Below, piece by piece: positions 45,019 through 55,940 of a stretch of 64,000 nt of DNA. The stretch's first letter is position 1; each line of letters opens with the position of its first letter. Where the stretch lies: positions 81,555 through 145,554 of the forward strand of contig NJBO01000003.1 of assembly GCA_005223075.1 (NCBI GenBank). The letters run 5' to 3'. This DNA is from a candidate division TA06 bacterium B3_TA06 (GTDB lineage Bacteria > Hydrothermota > Tepidihabitantia > B3-TA06). The notes beneath the pieces were generated by a model, which was given only the letters and a program-made list of their open reading frames with translations, did not search any database and had not been told where the DNA came from. The position numbers and the translations under genes were made by a program.

Positions 45019-45701
45019 TCGCCCTCGTTTTCTATGCGTATAAGCTTCATGTAGCCATCCTTGTTGTCGGTCCAGTAGATCATCCGGTGCGGTTCTCGAA
45101 CCTCGTAGTAGAAATCAAAGCTGCGCCCGGCCAAAAGCATCCTGTAGACCGTCTCCACAAACTTGCTCTTGAACCCCAGGGTCAGCTTGTGGCAGCGAAA
45201 CTCACCTGCATCCGTTTGGATAGTGTGAATCCCGCCGTAGGTGCAGGTTCCGGTGATGACCATCCCCACGTTGGACTCGAAGAACCCGAACTCGACGGTC
45301 TGGGGTCTCTCAAATGGAAAGCCCCGAAACGCCTCGATCAGCGTATGCCGGTCGTAGAAGCTCCCCTCATGTCTGACCTTCGAGGATTTGCCCTTGAACC
45401 CGTCGGAGACCAGGATGCCTTCAGGGATCGGCTGCACCCCCAACTGAAAACGGCCTGAGCGATCCTTTATCACCTTTATGGTTGAAAGGTCCGATGTCTG
45501 CACCCAGCACTTTACGATGATTCGCGTGGTATCGTGATGTTCGTGGACCGAGTAGTAGTTATCGCCGTTATCGTAGACCTCGTGGGATATCTCACGGGTG
45601 GTGCCCTGATCGTAGCCAAGATAGACTACCTTCTCCCCGTTGGGTATACCGGGGTCACTGAAACCCGCGGCGATCAGTAAAAGTGCTATTAAAGCGTTCA
45701 A
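45015..45701 (-). CDS. hypothetical secreted protein
   Basis: Signal peptide MNALIALLLIAAGFS. No catalytic motif was recognised. Confidence 0.5.
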   Translation of the reverse strand: MNALIALLLIAAGFSDPGIPNGEKVVYLGYDQGTTREISHEVYDNGDNYYSVHEHHDTTRIIVKCWVQTSDLSTIKVIKDRSGRFQLGVQPIPEGILVSDGFKGKSSKVRHEGSFYDRHTLIEAFRGFPFERPQTVEFGFFESNVGMVITGTCTYGGIHTIQTDAGEFRCHKLTLGFKSKFVETVYRMLLAGRSFDFYYEVREPHRMIYWTDNKDGYMKLIRIENEGE

Positions 45702-48304
45702 TTTCCCTCCCTTCGGGTCTTAACGATTTCTAAAAACGTAGACGTAAGGTCGTCAAGGGATGTTTCGGCGATGCTAGCCTCGGCAAGGGTGGCAGAACCG
45801 CCGCCTCCGCCCTTGAACCTGGAGGCGACTTTTTTAAGTATTTCTCCGGCGGGATAGTCTTTAGAAGTAGACTTAGAGGAGAAGCAGAGCACGGCCAACC
45901 GGTTCTTGTCAGGTGCGGCCAGGAGTCCTACGATGCGCTCTCGTCGGGACTTGAGGGAATCGGCAAGCAGACGCAACTCATCGCGGGAGATGCCTTCGAC
46001 ACGACCGGTAACAAACTCAACGTCGTCAATCTTTTGAGAGTTCTTAAGGACACCTTCGGCAAGACTCTCTACGTACCGGCGGGCGAGCTGCTCTCTTGCC
46101 TTGGTCTCGGCAGAGAGGGTGGACTTTAGCTCTTCGACCCGCTTGACCAGCTTATCCCGTTCTGTGCCTACAAGTTGAGCAAGCTCCGAGATCACCTCTC
46201 GGCCATTCTTGATCTCCTTCCATGCACGCTGGCCGGTAAGTGCTTCTATCCGGCGGATGCCTGCGGCAACACCGGTTTCTGAGGTGATAATGAACATCCC
46301 GATATCGCCGGTGCGATCGAGGTGGGTGCCGCCGCACAGCTCGGCGGATATGAGCTCCTCAGTATTCTTGTCTCTGATTTGAAGTACTCGGACTTCCTCA
46401 CCGTACTTTTCGCCAAAAAATGCCAATGCCCCGAGTTTCTCGGCTTCTTCCCGACTCATTTCGTCTGGCTTCGCTTCATGATTGGCAATTATCCATGCAT
46501 AGACCTGCTTCTCTACCTCTGCTATTTCCTCGGCAGTCATGGGTGAGGGGTGGTAGAAGTCAAAGCGCAGACGTCCGGGTTCTACCAGAGAGCCTTCCTG
46601 CTTTACGTGCTCGCCCAGAACCGCTCGAAGTGCGGCATGCAGCAGATGCGTGGCGGTATGCGCCCGCTCAATCTCCATGCGTCGGGTCAAGTCCACAATT
46701 GCCTTGACCTTTTTGCCCTTTAAGTCCTTGGGAGGCTTACCCTTAACGAACTTCCCATGTATTACCTGTACCCCAGCCTGATTGTAATCGGTATTGAAGA
46801 CTTCTATCTCAAAGTTCTCGCCTATAATCTTACCTGTATCCCCTATCTGTCCTCCCGCTTCAGCATAGAAGGGTGACTTCTCTAGCTGAATGTGAATCTC
46901 TTTAGATTTTTCATTGTAGAGCATCGAGACAATCTTTGTTTTAACTTCTGTTTCATTGTATCCAACGAACTCGCTAGACTCATAAGTGTCTGTCGCTTTT
47001 AGTGTCACTCCCCCAGTGATATCCATTTTCTTCCTCGACTTCTTCCTCTGACCCTCCATTGCCTTCTCGAAACCCTCCAGGTCGACCTCGATTCCCTTGT
47101 GCTTGGCCAGCCATTTGGTCAGATCTATTGGAAAGCCGTGGGTATCGTGCAGCTTGAAGGCATCTTCTCCCGATATCTTTCCCGCAGCCGCGGCATCGGC
47201 AAACAGCCGCATGCCTGCCTCAAGGGTTTTAAGGAAGCGTTCCTCTTCGCCCTTGATCATGAGCGCCACCTGCTCACGGCGTTCTTCGAGTTCAGGGTAG
47301 ACGTGACGCATCTGCTCAATCACATGGCCCGATAGTTTGTACAGGAGTGACTCCTGAATCCCTAAGAGGTAAAGTGCACCTATGGCGCGTCTCAGAACCC
47401 TTCTTATTACGTATCCCTGTTTGGTATTCGATGGCCGTACCCCTTCGGCAATCACGAAGGTGGCTGCACGAACGTGATCGGCGGTTATGGCCAGAAACTC
47501 CCAGGTTTCGGGTGAGATTTTGACTTTTAACGTATCCGCCGCAGCCTGCATTAAAGGATAGAAAAGATCGGTGTGAAAGACAGTTTCAACGTCCTGGGCG
47601 GCCAACACCATACGCTCAAGCCCTGCACCGGTGTCCACTCCGCGGTACTTAAGCAAGGGACGGGAGCCGTCTTCCTGCTGGTCAAACTGAGGGAACACCA
47701 GGTTCCATATCTCGGTGTAGCGCGCTTCGGAGTCGTCTTCTCCCGGACCCGGTCCGCAGTTGCCTTTTTCCCACTTCAAATCCCAGAATATCTCAGAACA
47801 CGGCCCACACGCACCCCTGCCGCCTGCAGGTTCCCAAAAGTTATGCTCATCGCCCAGATAGACCACACGCTCTTTAGGTACTCCCACCACATCACGCCAG
47901 ATCGAAGCCGCTTCCTCATCGGTTTCGTGAACCGAAACCCAAAGCCGTTCGGCAGGCAGCTTCATCACCTGGATGATGAATTCCCAGGCCCAGCGTATCG
48001 CCTCCTCTTTCTGGTAGTCACCGAAGCTGAAGTTGCCGAGCATCTCAAAGAAGGTATCGTGGGTGGCGTCAGAGCCTACTACATCCAAGTCTTCCAACCG
48101 CAGGCACTTCTGCACCGAGACGGCGCGGGTGTAGGGAAGTGGCTCGACCAAACCGGCCCACAACGGCTTGAACTGAACCATACCCGCAACGTTGAAGAGT
48201 ATTGTAGGGTCTCGTTTGGGAACAAGCGGTGCAGAATCCACCCGCGTATGTCCGCGCTCTTCAAAGAATCTAAGGAACGCCTCTCTAAGCTCGGCTGAGT
48301 TCAT
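45698..48304 (-). CDS. alaS: alanine--tRNA ligase
   Basis: The protein is 868 aa. It has class II aaRS motifs and the editing-domain HxxxH/CGGTH motifs (HTATHLLHAALR, CGGTHL). Confidence 0.95.
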   Translation of the reverse strand: MNSAELREAFLRFFEERGHTRVDSAPLVPKRDPTILFNVAGMVQFKPLWAGLVEPLPYTRAVSVQKCLRLEDLDVVGSDATHDTFFEMLGNFSFGDYQKEEAIRWAWEFIIQVMKLPAERLWVSVHETDEEAASIWRDVVGVPKERVVYLGDEHNFWEPAGGRGACGPCSEIFWDLKWEKGNCGPGPGEDDSEARYTEIWNLVFPQFDQQEDGSRPLLKYRGVDTGAGLERMVLAAQDVETVFHTDLFYPLMQAAADTLKVKISPETWEFLAITADHVRAATFVIAEGVRPSNTKQGYVIRRVLRRAIGALYLLGIQESLLYKLSGHVIEQMRHVYPELEERREQVALMIKGEEERFLKTLEAGMRLFADAAAAGKISGEDAFKLHDTHGFPIDLTKWLAKHKGIEVDLEGFEKAMEGQRKKSRKKMDITGGVTLKATDTYESSEFVGYNETEVKTKIVSMLYNEKSKEIHIQLEKSPFYAEAGGQIGDTGKIIGENFEIEVFNTDYNQAGVQVIHGKFVKGKPPKDLKGKKVKAIVDLTRRMEIERAHTATHLLHAALRAVLGEHVKQEGSLVEPGRLRFDFYHPSPMTAEEIAEVEKQVYAWIIANHEAKPDEMSREEAEKLGALAFFGEKYGEEVRVLQIRDKNTEELISAELCGGTHLDRTGDIGMFIITSETGVAAGIRRIEALTGQRAWKEIKNGREVISELAQLVGTERDKLVKRVEELKSTLSAETKAREQLARRYVESLAEGVLKNSQKIDDVEFVTGRVEGISRDELRLLADSLKSRRERIVGLLAAPDKNRLAVLCFSSKSTSKDYPAGEILKKVASRFKGGGGGSATLAEASIAETSLDDLTSTFLEIVKTRREGN

Positions 48305-48762
48305 CCGATCTCCTTTAGGGCTTCCTGGATAGCCTCCTGCGAGTAGCCCCTGCGGTAAAGGCCTTGCCTGATGCGTCCGCGGCGCTCGAAGCCCTCAAGT
48401 GAGGAATAACCTTCTGCTTTGGCTCTGGCCCACTCGCAGGCGGAGCGGATTTCCTGATCTGCATGTGCTGCCCATATCTTGGCGAAGAGCTCAGAGCTGA
48501 TCCCCTTTGCGGCAAGCTCGGCTCTTATCAAGCGCTTCCCCTTGTGGGAGATAGTAAGCTTGTGCCTGATCCAGATACCGGTGAAGCGTTCATCGTCAAG
48601 TAAGCCTTGCTCCTTGAGATTCTCGATCTCCACATCGATTGTCTCGTGATCGAATCCCTTGCGACGCAGCCGCTCTCGCATCTCGGCGACGCTTCTTTCC
48701 CGGTAACGCAGGAGTCTCAAAGCCGCTGCCCGAACCCGTTCGCGTTCGTCTTGGGCCTTCAT
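48301..48762 (-). CDS. recX: RecA regulator RecX
   Basis: A 153-aa Arg/Glu-rich helical-repeat protein immediately downstream of recA. Confidence 0.8.
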   Translation of the reverse strand: MKAQDERERVRAAALRLLRYRERSVAEMRERLRRKGFDHETIDVEIENLKEQGLLDDERFTGIWIRHKLTISHKGKRLIRAELAAKGISSELFAKIWAAHADQEIRSACEWARAKAEGYSSLEGFERRGRIRQGLYRRGYSQEAIQEALKEIG

Positions 48763-48771
48763 GGGCGAACA

Positions 48772-49842
48772 CTAATCCTTCTTCTCCTCTTCCGCTGCTT
48801 CAGGCTCCACGACCTCCTTGGGGGCGGTAGGGGTGGGGAAGAGCTTCTCTCTTGCCTCTTTTTCGAGTTTCTCTTTAGCCTCTGGATTCTCGGCGAGGAA
48901 AGCGATGGCCGCGTCACGGCCCTGGCCCATCCGCTCATCGCCGTAGGAAAACCAGGTGCCGGACTTCTGAACGAACCCAAGGTCCACACCGACATCAACA
49001 AGCTCACCAAGGTAGTTTACGCCCTTGCCGTAGAGGATGTCGAACTCGGCCTTGCGGAAGGGCGGTGCGAGTTTATTTTTTGCGACTTTGATTCTGGTGC
49101 GGTTGCCGATGACCTCGTCGCCCTTTTTGATAGAGGCGATACGCCGGATGTCCAGACGGATGGTTGAGTGGAACTTAAGCGCCAGACCGCCGGGTGTGGT
49201 CTCCGGGTTGCCCCACATCACACCAATCTTCATACGAATCTGGTTAATGAAGATAGCGCAGGTATTGGAGCGAGAGATAACCGCAGTGAGTTTTCTGAGT
49301 GCCTGTGACATAAGCCGCGCCTGAAGTCCCACGTGCGCGTCACCCATCTCCCCTTCGATCTCTGCTCGCGGCACAAGGGCCGCAACCGAGTCGATAACGA
49401 AAACATCTATGCCGCCGGAACGGGTGAGCACCTCTGCGATTTCAAGAGCTTGCTCGCCGGTGTCCGGCTGGGAGAGAAGGAGCTCTTCTACGTTGACTCC
49501 CAGCGCCTGGGCGTAGGACAGATCAAGGGCGTGCTCGGCATCGATGAACGCCGCCTGCCCACCCATCCTCTGAGCACTTGCCACTACCTGAAGCCCAATA
49601 GTGGTCTTACCTGAGGCCTCCGATCCGAAGATCTCGATCAACCTACCTCTGGGAAGCCCACCGATACCCAGAGCGACGTCAAGGGTCAGGGAACCGGTAG
49701 GGATGACCTGAACATTTATCCTTGCAGGACGTTCCCCAAGCCGCATGATAGCACCTTCCCCAAATTGCTTCTGGATTTGGCCGATCGCGGTATCCAACGC
49801 CTTGCGCCTATCGTCCTGCTCCTTTGCTTGACTCTTAGCCAT
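48772..49842 (-). CDS. recA: recombinase RecA
   Basis: Walker [11 protein letters not shown]1/L2 loop motifs. Confidence 0.95.
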   Translation of the reverse strand: MAKSQAKEQDDRRKALDTAIGQIQKQFGEGAIMRLGERPARINVQVIPTGSLTLDVALGIGGLPRGRLIEIFGSEASGKTTIGLQVVASAQRMGGQAAFIDAEHALDLSYAQALGVNVEELLLSQPDTGEQALEIAEVLTRSGGIDVFVIDSVAALVPRAEIEGEMGDAHVGLQARLMSQALRKLTAVISRSNTCAIFINQIRMKIGVMWGNPETTPGGLALKFHSTIRLDIRRIASIKKGDEVIGNRTRIKVAKNKLAPPFRKAEFDILYGKGVNYLGELVDVGVDLGFVQKSGTWFSYGDERMGQGRDAAIAFLAENPEAKEKLEKEAREKLFPTPTAPKEVVEPEAAEEEKKD

Positions 49843-49988
49843 GCATCCTCCTTAGCTCTCCCCGGATAAAGGAAGAGGTCTTAAGATTATTACGCCTCGC
49901 GTCCCTTCCCTTAATCCCTCCTACACCAGCCATACCCATCCTTCCCATCTCAAATATCCTTTTGTCCACATCCCTAACTGTTCTCATC

Positions 49989-51821
49989 TTACTCCACGGT
50001 CACGGTCTTGGCCAGGTTGCGCGGCTTGTCCACGTCGCAGCCACGGAAGCAGGCGGTGTGATAGGCAAGAAGCTGCAAGGGGATAACCGTAAGGAATGGA
50101 AGGATGTAGTCCGGGGCCTCTGGGATGGGGATAAACGCAGCACTGCGCTTGGCCAACTCATGGTCGCCTGCCGTACCCACTGCGATCACCTGTCCTCCGC
50201 GCGCGGCCACCTCTTCGATGTTTGCGTTCATCTTCTCATAGGTCGCATCACGTGGTGCTACGACCACAACAGGCGTCTTTGAATCGATAAGTGATATCGG
50301 CCCGTGCTTCATCTCACCCGCCGGGTAGCCGGTGGCGTGGATGTAGCTTATCTCCTTGAGCTTGAGCGCCCCCTCCAAAGCGGTGGGAAAGTTAACCCCA
50401 CGTCCCAGGAAGAGGTAGGATTTTCGTTTTTGGAATTGCCTGGCGATCTCGCGAATCCGGTGGTCCTGCTTGAGCACCTGGGCCATCTGGTCGGGCAAGG
50501 CCGAAAAGGCTGACTTGATCTTCCTTAACTGCCTTGGTTTCATCGTAGCTTTACGTCGGGCAAGCTCCAGGGTGAAGATAAGGAGTGCAAATAGCTCTGC
50601 AGTGTAGGCCTTGGTTGAAGCCACGCCTATCTCCGGCCCGGCGTGGATGTAGATTGACGAGTCGGACTCACGATCGACAGAGGTTCGTTTCACGTTGACT
50701 ATTGAAAGTACCTTAAGATTGGAGTTGCGACGCGCCGCACGCAGGGCGGCCAGGGTATCCGCGGTCTCACCCGACTGGCTGATGGCGATCATGAGCTCGT
50801 GCTTGCCGAAGATGGAGGTGCGATCTATAAGCTCGGATGCGATCTCGACCTCGGTATGCACGCCTGTGAAGCGTTCGATAAAGTAGCGTGCCACCAGACC
50901 GGCATGGTAGCTTGTGCCGCAGGCCTGGATAAGGATGTGCTCGAAATCAGCAAGCTCCTCAGGGTAAAAGCGATAGGCAGATCCCAGCACGATGCGCCCG
51001 TTGCGTATCCGGCGCTCGAGGCTATTTGCGATAACCTTGGGCTGCTCGAATATCTCCTTGCGCATGAAGTGTCGGTAACGCCCTTTGGAAACCGCCTTGG
51101 GACGGAACTCAATAGGAACAACCTTCGCCTTGATTCGTTTGCCGTCGAATGAATAAACCTCAGGTAGATTGCCCCTATGGATTAGAACCACCTCCCCGTC
51201 GTCAAGAGCTATCATACGCTGGGTGATACCCACAAGAGCCAGCGGGTCGGATGCGAGGGCAAACTCCCCCTTGCCTATACCGACCACCAGGGGTGAACCC
51301 ATCCGGACACCCAAAAGACAATCCGGACGATCGCGCATCACCGCAACCAGGGCAAAACTGCCCTTAAGACGCTTGAGCGTCCGAAGGACAGCCTTCAGTA
51401 GATTGCCCTTGTAGTAAGAGGCCAGAAGATGAGGTATAATCTCAGAATCTGTCTGCGAGACAAACTTATGCCCCTTGGCTTCGAGCTCACGGCGAAGTTC
51501 GGCGTGATTCTCGATGATCCCGTTATGGACGACCGCAAAAAGCCCTTCGGGATCGGTGAAGGGGTGGGCGTTACGCTGAGTTGGCGGTCCGTGCGTGGCC
51601 CAACGGGTGTGACCGATACCTACATCTCCCGAAAGGGGATGCTTCTCTAATGCATCCTTGAGATTCTGCAGCCTTCCGGTGACCTTGGTGATCTTGATCT
51701 TTCCTTCATCTGCGAGGGCGATGCCGCAGGAGTCGTAGCCCCGGTACTCAAGCCTCTCAAGACCAACAAGTATAACCGACTCTATGTCGCGGCTCCCGAG
51801 ATACCCAACTATCCCACACAT
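49989..51821 (-). CDS. glmS: glutamine--fructose-6-phosphate aminotransferase
   Basis: N-terminal MCGIVGY, two SIS domains, C-terminal VE. Confidence 0.95.
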   Translation of the reverse strand: MCGIVGYLGSRDIESVILVGLERLEYRGYDSCGIALADEGKIKITKVTGRLQNLKDALEKHPLSGDVGIGHTRWATHGPPTQRNAHPFTDPEGLFAVVHNGIIENHAELRRELEAKGHKFVSQTDSEIIPHLLASYYKGNLLKAVLRTLKRLKGSFALVAVMRDRPDCLLGVRMGSPLVVGIGKGEFALASDPLALVGITQRMIALDDGEVVLIHRGNLPEVYSFDGKRIKAKVVPIEFRPKAVSKGRYRHFMRKEIFEQPKVIANSLERRIRNGRIVLGSAYRFYPEELADFEHILIQACGTSYHAGLVARYFIERFTGVHTEVEIASELIDRTSIFGKHELMIAISQSGETADTLAALRAARRNSNLKVLSIVNVKRTSVDRESDSSIYIHAGPEIGVASTKAYTAELFALLIFTLELARRKATMKPRQLRKIKSAFSALPDQMAQVLKQDHRIREIARQFQKRKSYLFLGRGVNFPTALEGALKLKEISYIHATGYPAGEMKHGPISLIDSKTPVVVVAPRDATYEKMNANIEEVAARGGQVIAVGTAGDHELAKRSAAFIPIPEAPDYILPFLTVIPLQLLAYHTACFRGCDVDKPRNLAKTVTVE

Positions 51822-53119
51822 ACTCTTCTCACTCGTTTAAGAATCTTATCCGCCCGCTCCCTCGAATCCGCCTCAAGTATCAATCGCACCACCGGCTCGG
51901 TATTCGAGGGCCGCAGGTGCAGCCAGAAATCCCCCTCCGAGAGCCACAGGCCGTCTCGCGTATCCTTTCTGGCGGAAGGGAAAAAGGAAGAAACCATCTC
52001 CGCTAATCTCTCTGACCATTCCATCTCGAACTTCTCCTTGTGCCGGTGATAGGTAGGCAGCGCATCCACCATCTCGGCGAGAGAACCGTGCTTGCGCTTA
52101 AGCTGGACTAAAACAGCCATGGCCAGAAGCCCGTCACGGGTTCGGTTGAACGAAGGCAGGATAAATCCGCCGTTTCCTTCGCCTCCGCAACACCCCTCGA
52201 TCTCTAAAAGGCGATCAACCACGTGCGCTTCACCTACCGGTGTGCGATGCACGGCAACTCCAGCCTCCTCGGCGACCTGTTCGATAAGCCGAGAGGTTGA
52301 AAGATTGACGACAATATCTCCTTTCCTTCTCTCAAGCGCCCAGCGAGCGGAGAGCGGAACGGTGTACTCCTCGCCCGGAGCCCGACCACGTTCGTCCACA
52401 AAAGCAAGCCGGTCACCGTCCGGGTCGAAGGCGAATCCCACATCAAGCCCCTTCTCCTTTACCAGAGACCTCAACCCTTGAAGATTTTCGGACACAGGTT
52501 CACTGCCTCGTCCGAAACGACCGTTCGGCTCGAAGTTGACGGCATGAACCTCGCAGCCCAGTTCCTCAAGCAGCATTCTCGCCTCAGGTCCGGCCGCACC
52601 GTTCACCGGATCAAGCCCAACGCGCAGGCGAGGCTCCTTTGAGTCCTTTCCAAAAAGCTCAAGCAGTACGGCGAGGTGTCTGTCAAGGGCGTTGACACGC
52701 TCATACCCGCCGTTTAGACCGCCAGATACCGGCCCTTTATCCTTGACAAAATTGATAAATTCTTCGCTTCTAGCGGGTAAAAGGAAGCGACCCGGCTGGA
52801 GGAACTTAAGACCGTTCTGATCAGCTGGATTGTGGCTCGCGGTGATAACTAAACCTGCATCAGCATCAAAGGCCCTGGTGCCAAAGACCGCTGTGGGGGT
52901 AGTGACCATGTTCGCTTCAAGCACCTTGACGCCTAAACGTATCAGTCCCAGCTTAACCGCATCATAGATCTTTGCCCCTGATGTCCGCGCGTCCCTGGCC
53001 AAAAGCACTTCTTTGGCTTCCATGAACCGGGCGAACGCCTGGGAGAGGCCTACGAAATCACCTATCTTAAGGTCTTCCCCGACGACTCCTCGGAGACCTG
53101 CTACGGAAAACTTCACCAT
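51809..53119 (-). CDS. phosphohexomutase (likely phosphoglucosamine mutase GlmM)
   Basis: Active-site motif ITASHNPADQNGLKF. It is adjacent to glmS. The true start is probably MVKFSVAGLRG. Confidence 0.75.
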   Translation of the reverse strand: MVKFSVAGLRGVVGEDLKIGDFVGLSQAFARFMEAKEVLLARDARTSGAKIYDAVKLGLIRLGVKVLEANMVTTPTAVFGTRAFDADAGLVITASHNPADQNGLKFLQPGRFLLPARSEEFINFVKDKGPVSGGLNGGYERVNALDRHLAVLLELFGKDSKEPRLRVGLDPVNGAAGPEARMLLEELGCEVHAVNFEPNGRFGRGSEPVSENLQGLRSLVKEKGLDVGFAFDPDGDRLAFVDERGRAPGEEYTVPLSARWALERRKGDIVVNLSTSRLIEQVAEEAGVAVHRTPVGEAHVVDRLLEIEGCCGGEGNGGFILPSFNRTRDGLLAMAVLVQLKRKHGSLAEMVDALPTYHRHKEKFEMEWSERLAEMVSSFFPSARKDTRDGLWLSEGDFWLHLRPSNTEPVVRLILEADSRERADKILKRVRRVCVG

Positions 53120-53226
53120 CTGGATGATTTTAGCCCTTCTGAAGGGTGATGTCAAGGAGGGCAGAATCCGCCCCGCAACCCATGGCAACATTGGCTGTTG
53201 GAAGGTATTGATTTAGACGTCTGGAT

Positions 53227-53691
53227 TCAACCCTGGTTCTCCTCCAATGACTCCTCTGAGGTTTCGTCTTCCTCACTTTCTTCCTCTTTATCTGCGTCAT
53301 CAAAGAGGGTGCTTCTTTCCGGGAGCTCGATGGGTTCGTTCTCCTCGTCCTCCGGAAATACCGGCCGGCCTGACTTTTTCCCTAACCCCTGCACCTCATC
53401 CAATGATTCCTCATATGAATCTGGTTCCTTGCCTTCCTCGTCATCGCAATAGGATATCTCTAGTGGATTGTCACAGATAACCTTCAGCAACTCGCCGCAC
53501 TCGGGACATTCAAGCTTGTCCCCGACCTTGAGTTCTCTTCTAACAGAAAACCTTGCCTCGCAAGTCGGGCATTCTATCTCGAACATCGCAAGACCTCCGT
53601 GATAACCAGTAAACGCGATTATAAAATCAGGAACCGGGTTGTCAAGGTATCTAAGTTCTGCCCGCATAAAGATCGGCCCATCCAGATTCAT
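53227..53691 (-). CDS. zinc-ribbon protein with long acidic C-terminal tail
   Basis: It has CPTC...CPECG and a strongly acidic tail (EESEEDETSEESLEE). The start may be the internal MFEIECPTC. Confidence 0.4.
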   Translation of the reverse strand: MNLDGPIFMRAELRYLDNPVPDFIIAFTGYHGGLAMFEIECPTCEARFSVRRELKVGDKLECPECGELLKVICDNPLEISYCDDEEGKEPDSYEESLDEVQGLGKKSGRPVFPEDEENEPIELPERSTLFDDADKEEESEEDETSEESLEENQG

Positions 53692-53866
53692 TTCTGCGAG
53701 CTTTTAGCACTCCGGAGCACACGTCGCCTTCAGCGAAAAGGAGCATTAATTTTCGGCATCCCCGTGCGGAGACGAAGTATCCGCGTAGGGTAAGTTGTTG
53801 ACATTAACCCCCAGGGCGTTATCATCACAAATTACAACGATTGAACCAAGAGCTTAAGGAGGCTTT

Positions 53867-54826
53867 ATGATCGGATTTCTGATAGTCATACTCCTCATCG
53901 GAGTGGGTGTGCTTTTGTTCTTCGCCTTCAGGCTTCAGCGGATGCTCGTCAAGCAGCGGGCCACAGGCGAGGTGGGCAAGGGTGGACGCAGACGACCTAA
54001 ACCCCTCGCCTACATCCTGGGAGCGGTGGTTGTACTGTTTCTGGCCATACTGGCAAGCTTCATCCGAATTGTCCCTGTGGGCCACGCACTTGTTATCTTC
54101 TGGATCATCCCAAAGACCTACAGCGTTGCCCGTGAGGGCATCAACTTCATCCCGCCCGTCATCACTCAGACCTCGCTTTACGATCTCAGGCGCATCGACT
54201 ACACCATGTCGAGTGAGGCCGAGGAGGGGCGGCGCAAGGGGGCGGATGACGCGTTGTGGGCGCCTACCAACGAAGGCTTGCAGGTGGGACTTGATCTCAC
54301 CGTCTGGTACCGGTTGAACCCGGAAAAGGTCTTTGATATCCACCGCCTTATCGGACCCGACTTCGAGAATAAGGTGGTGAGGCCCGCTATACGCTCCATT
54401 GTACGCATGGCCATGTCCGGCTACGGTATCATGGACATCTACTCCAACAAACGCGAGGAGATCCAGGATCAAATATACAAGAAAATCAAGCGCCAGCTTG
54501 GACCGGACGGGATAATTATCGAAGGGGTGGCGATCCGAAATGTGCAGTTCACCGGGGAGTTCGCCAAGTCGGTTGAAGAAAAACAGATAGCCCAGCAGAA
54601 GGCCCAGAAGATGGAGTACGTTTTGGAGGAGGAACGCAAGGAGGCGGAGCGCAAGGAGATAGAAGCACAGGGTAAGGCAAAGGCGATCAAGATCGTTTCC
54701 CGTGAGCTTCGCACCAACCCGAACTACATCAAGTACCTCTACGTTGACAAGATCGCCGACGACGTGAAGGTTATCGTTTCCGATCAGTCCACCATCATAG
54801 ATCTCAAAGGGCTTATCGGTCCTTAG
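53867..54826 (+). CDS. SPFH/Band-7 (prohibitin/HflC-like) membrane protein
   Basis: An N-terminal TM segment is followed by a Band-7 core. The C-terminus is coiled-coil and EA-rich. Confidence 0.8.
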   Translation: MIGFLIVILLIGVGVLLFFAFRLQRMLVKQRATGEVGKGGRRRPKPLAYILGAVVVLFLAILASFIRIVPVGHALVIFWIIPKTYSVAREGINFIPPVITQTSLYDLRRIDYTMSSEAEEGRRKGADDALWAPTNEGLQVGLDLTVWYRLNPEKVFDIHRLIGPDFENKVVRPAIRSIVRMAMSGYGIMDIYSNKREEIQDQIYKKIKRQLGPDGIIIEGVAIRNVQFTGEFAKSVEEKQIAQQKAQKMEYVLEEERKEAERKEIEAQGKAKAIKIVSRELRTNPNYIKYLYVDKIADDVKVIVSDQSTIIDLKGLIGP

Positions 54827-54846
54827 ATGAGAGGTTTATCCTGGGT

Positions 54847-54877
54847 CCCCACAAGAGCGCTTAGCGCTCTTGTGGGG
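54847..54877. terminator. perfect 14-bp stem hairpin (CCCCACAAGAGCGC-TTA-GCGCTCTTGTGGGG) between the SPFH gene and recF
   Basis: The hairpin is visible directly. It overlaps the TTG start given for recF in the ORF track. Confidence 0.5.
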
Positions 54878-54884
54878 TGAAACT

Positions 54885-55940
54885 GTGTGGCTTGCTGAAA
54901 TCTCCGTCTCTGGTTTTCGCAACCTTGCCGAGCAGGGTCTGGAGTTCGATCCGCGGTCCAACATTATCTTCGGGCCTAACGGCTCGGGTAAGACGAATCT
55001 TTTGGAGGCGATCACCGTCCTTGCCTCGGGCCGCAGCTTCCGTACCATCCAGGACGATCAGCTCCTGGGTTTTGAAGCCCCTCATTTCCGTATAGCCGGG
55101 AAGGCAAGAAGTTCCAAGGATAAGGAGTGGTCTGCGAGGGTTTACTTCTCGCCTGCCGAACGCAAGCACTACTTCTTTGACCGGCGCGAGATAGCCAAAC
55201 GCTCCCTTTATGCCGGTTGGCTGCCTGTGTTCGTATTTCTCTTGGACGACCGCCGCATTGTGGCTGGTCCACCTGCATACCGCAGGGCGTTCATCGACGA
55301 AGCTGTAGCCAAGCTTTCTCACGCTTACCGATGGATGCTTTCAGAGTTCCGCAAACTGCTTGCCCACCGCAACGCGCTGCTGCGCAGGCCTGGAGGCGAC
55401 GATGAGCTTTCGGTATGGGATAAGCGCCTGGCCGAGCTGGCAGGCGAGATCCGCGAGCGGCGCTTGGAGTACTGGCAAAACTTCAATGGTCACTTCCAGC
55501 AGATGAGCCGGCGTTTCCTGCCCGCTGATGAGATTCGGTTGGAGTATCTTCCAAACGTGGGCGGGAAAGAAAACTATCTTGAGGTTCTGGCTCGAAGCAG
55601 GGAGGCGGAGCGTCAGGTTGGCTACACCCGCCGCGGTCCGCACCGCGACGACTTTCGTATTCTTCTCAACTCTCGCCCATTGCGTATCTTCGGTTCCTAC
55701 GGCGAGCATCGGCTTGCAGCCCTTGCCCTTGCCTTGGCCGAGGCCCAGACCGCGTTGGCCGCCGGACGCAGACCCATCTATCTCATGGACGATGTGGCTG
55801 CCGAGCTTGATAACGACAACACACACCTGCTCTTCGATCTTATTCGTTCCAAGGGTCAGCTTTTCTATGCCTCGGCCCACCCGCCCGCACTCGAAGGAAG
55901 ACGTTTTCATGTCAGGCAAGGAAAGATCAGGCCGGTTTGA
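54885..55940 (+). CDS. recF: DNA replication and repair protein RecF
   Basis: Walker A GPNGSGKTNLLEAI and the signature region are present. The start is probably the GTG at 54885, downstream of the hairpin. Confidence 0.9.
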   Translation: MWLAEISVSGFRNLAEQGLEFDPRSNIIFGPNGSGKTNLLEAITVLASGRSFRTIQDDQLLGFEAPHFRIAGKARSSKDKEWSARVYFSPAERKHYFFDRREIAKRSLYAGWLPVFVFLLDDRRIVAGPPAYRRAFIDEAVAKLSHAYRWMLSEFRKLLAHRNALLRRPGGDDELSVWDKRLAELAGEIRERRLEYWQNFNGHFQQMSRRFLPADEIRLEYLPNVGGKENYLEVLARSREAERQVGYTRRGPHRDDFRILLNSRPLRIFGSYGEHRLAALALALAEAQTALAAGRRPIYLMDDVAAELDNDNTHLLFDLIRSKGQLFYASAHPPALEGRRFHVRQGKIRPV

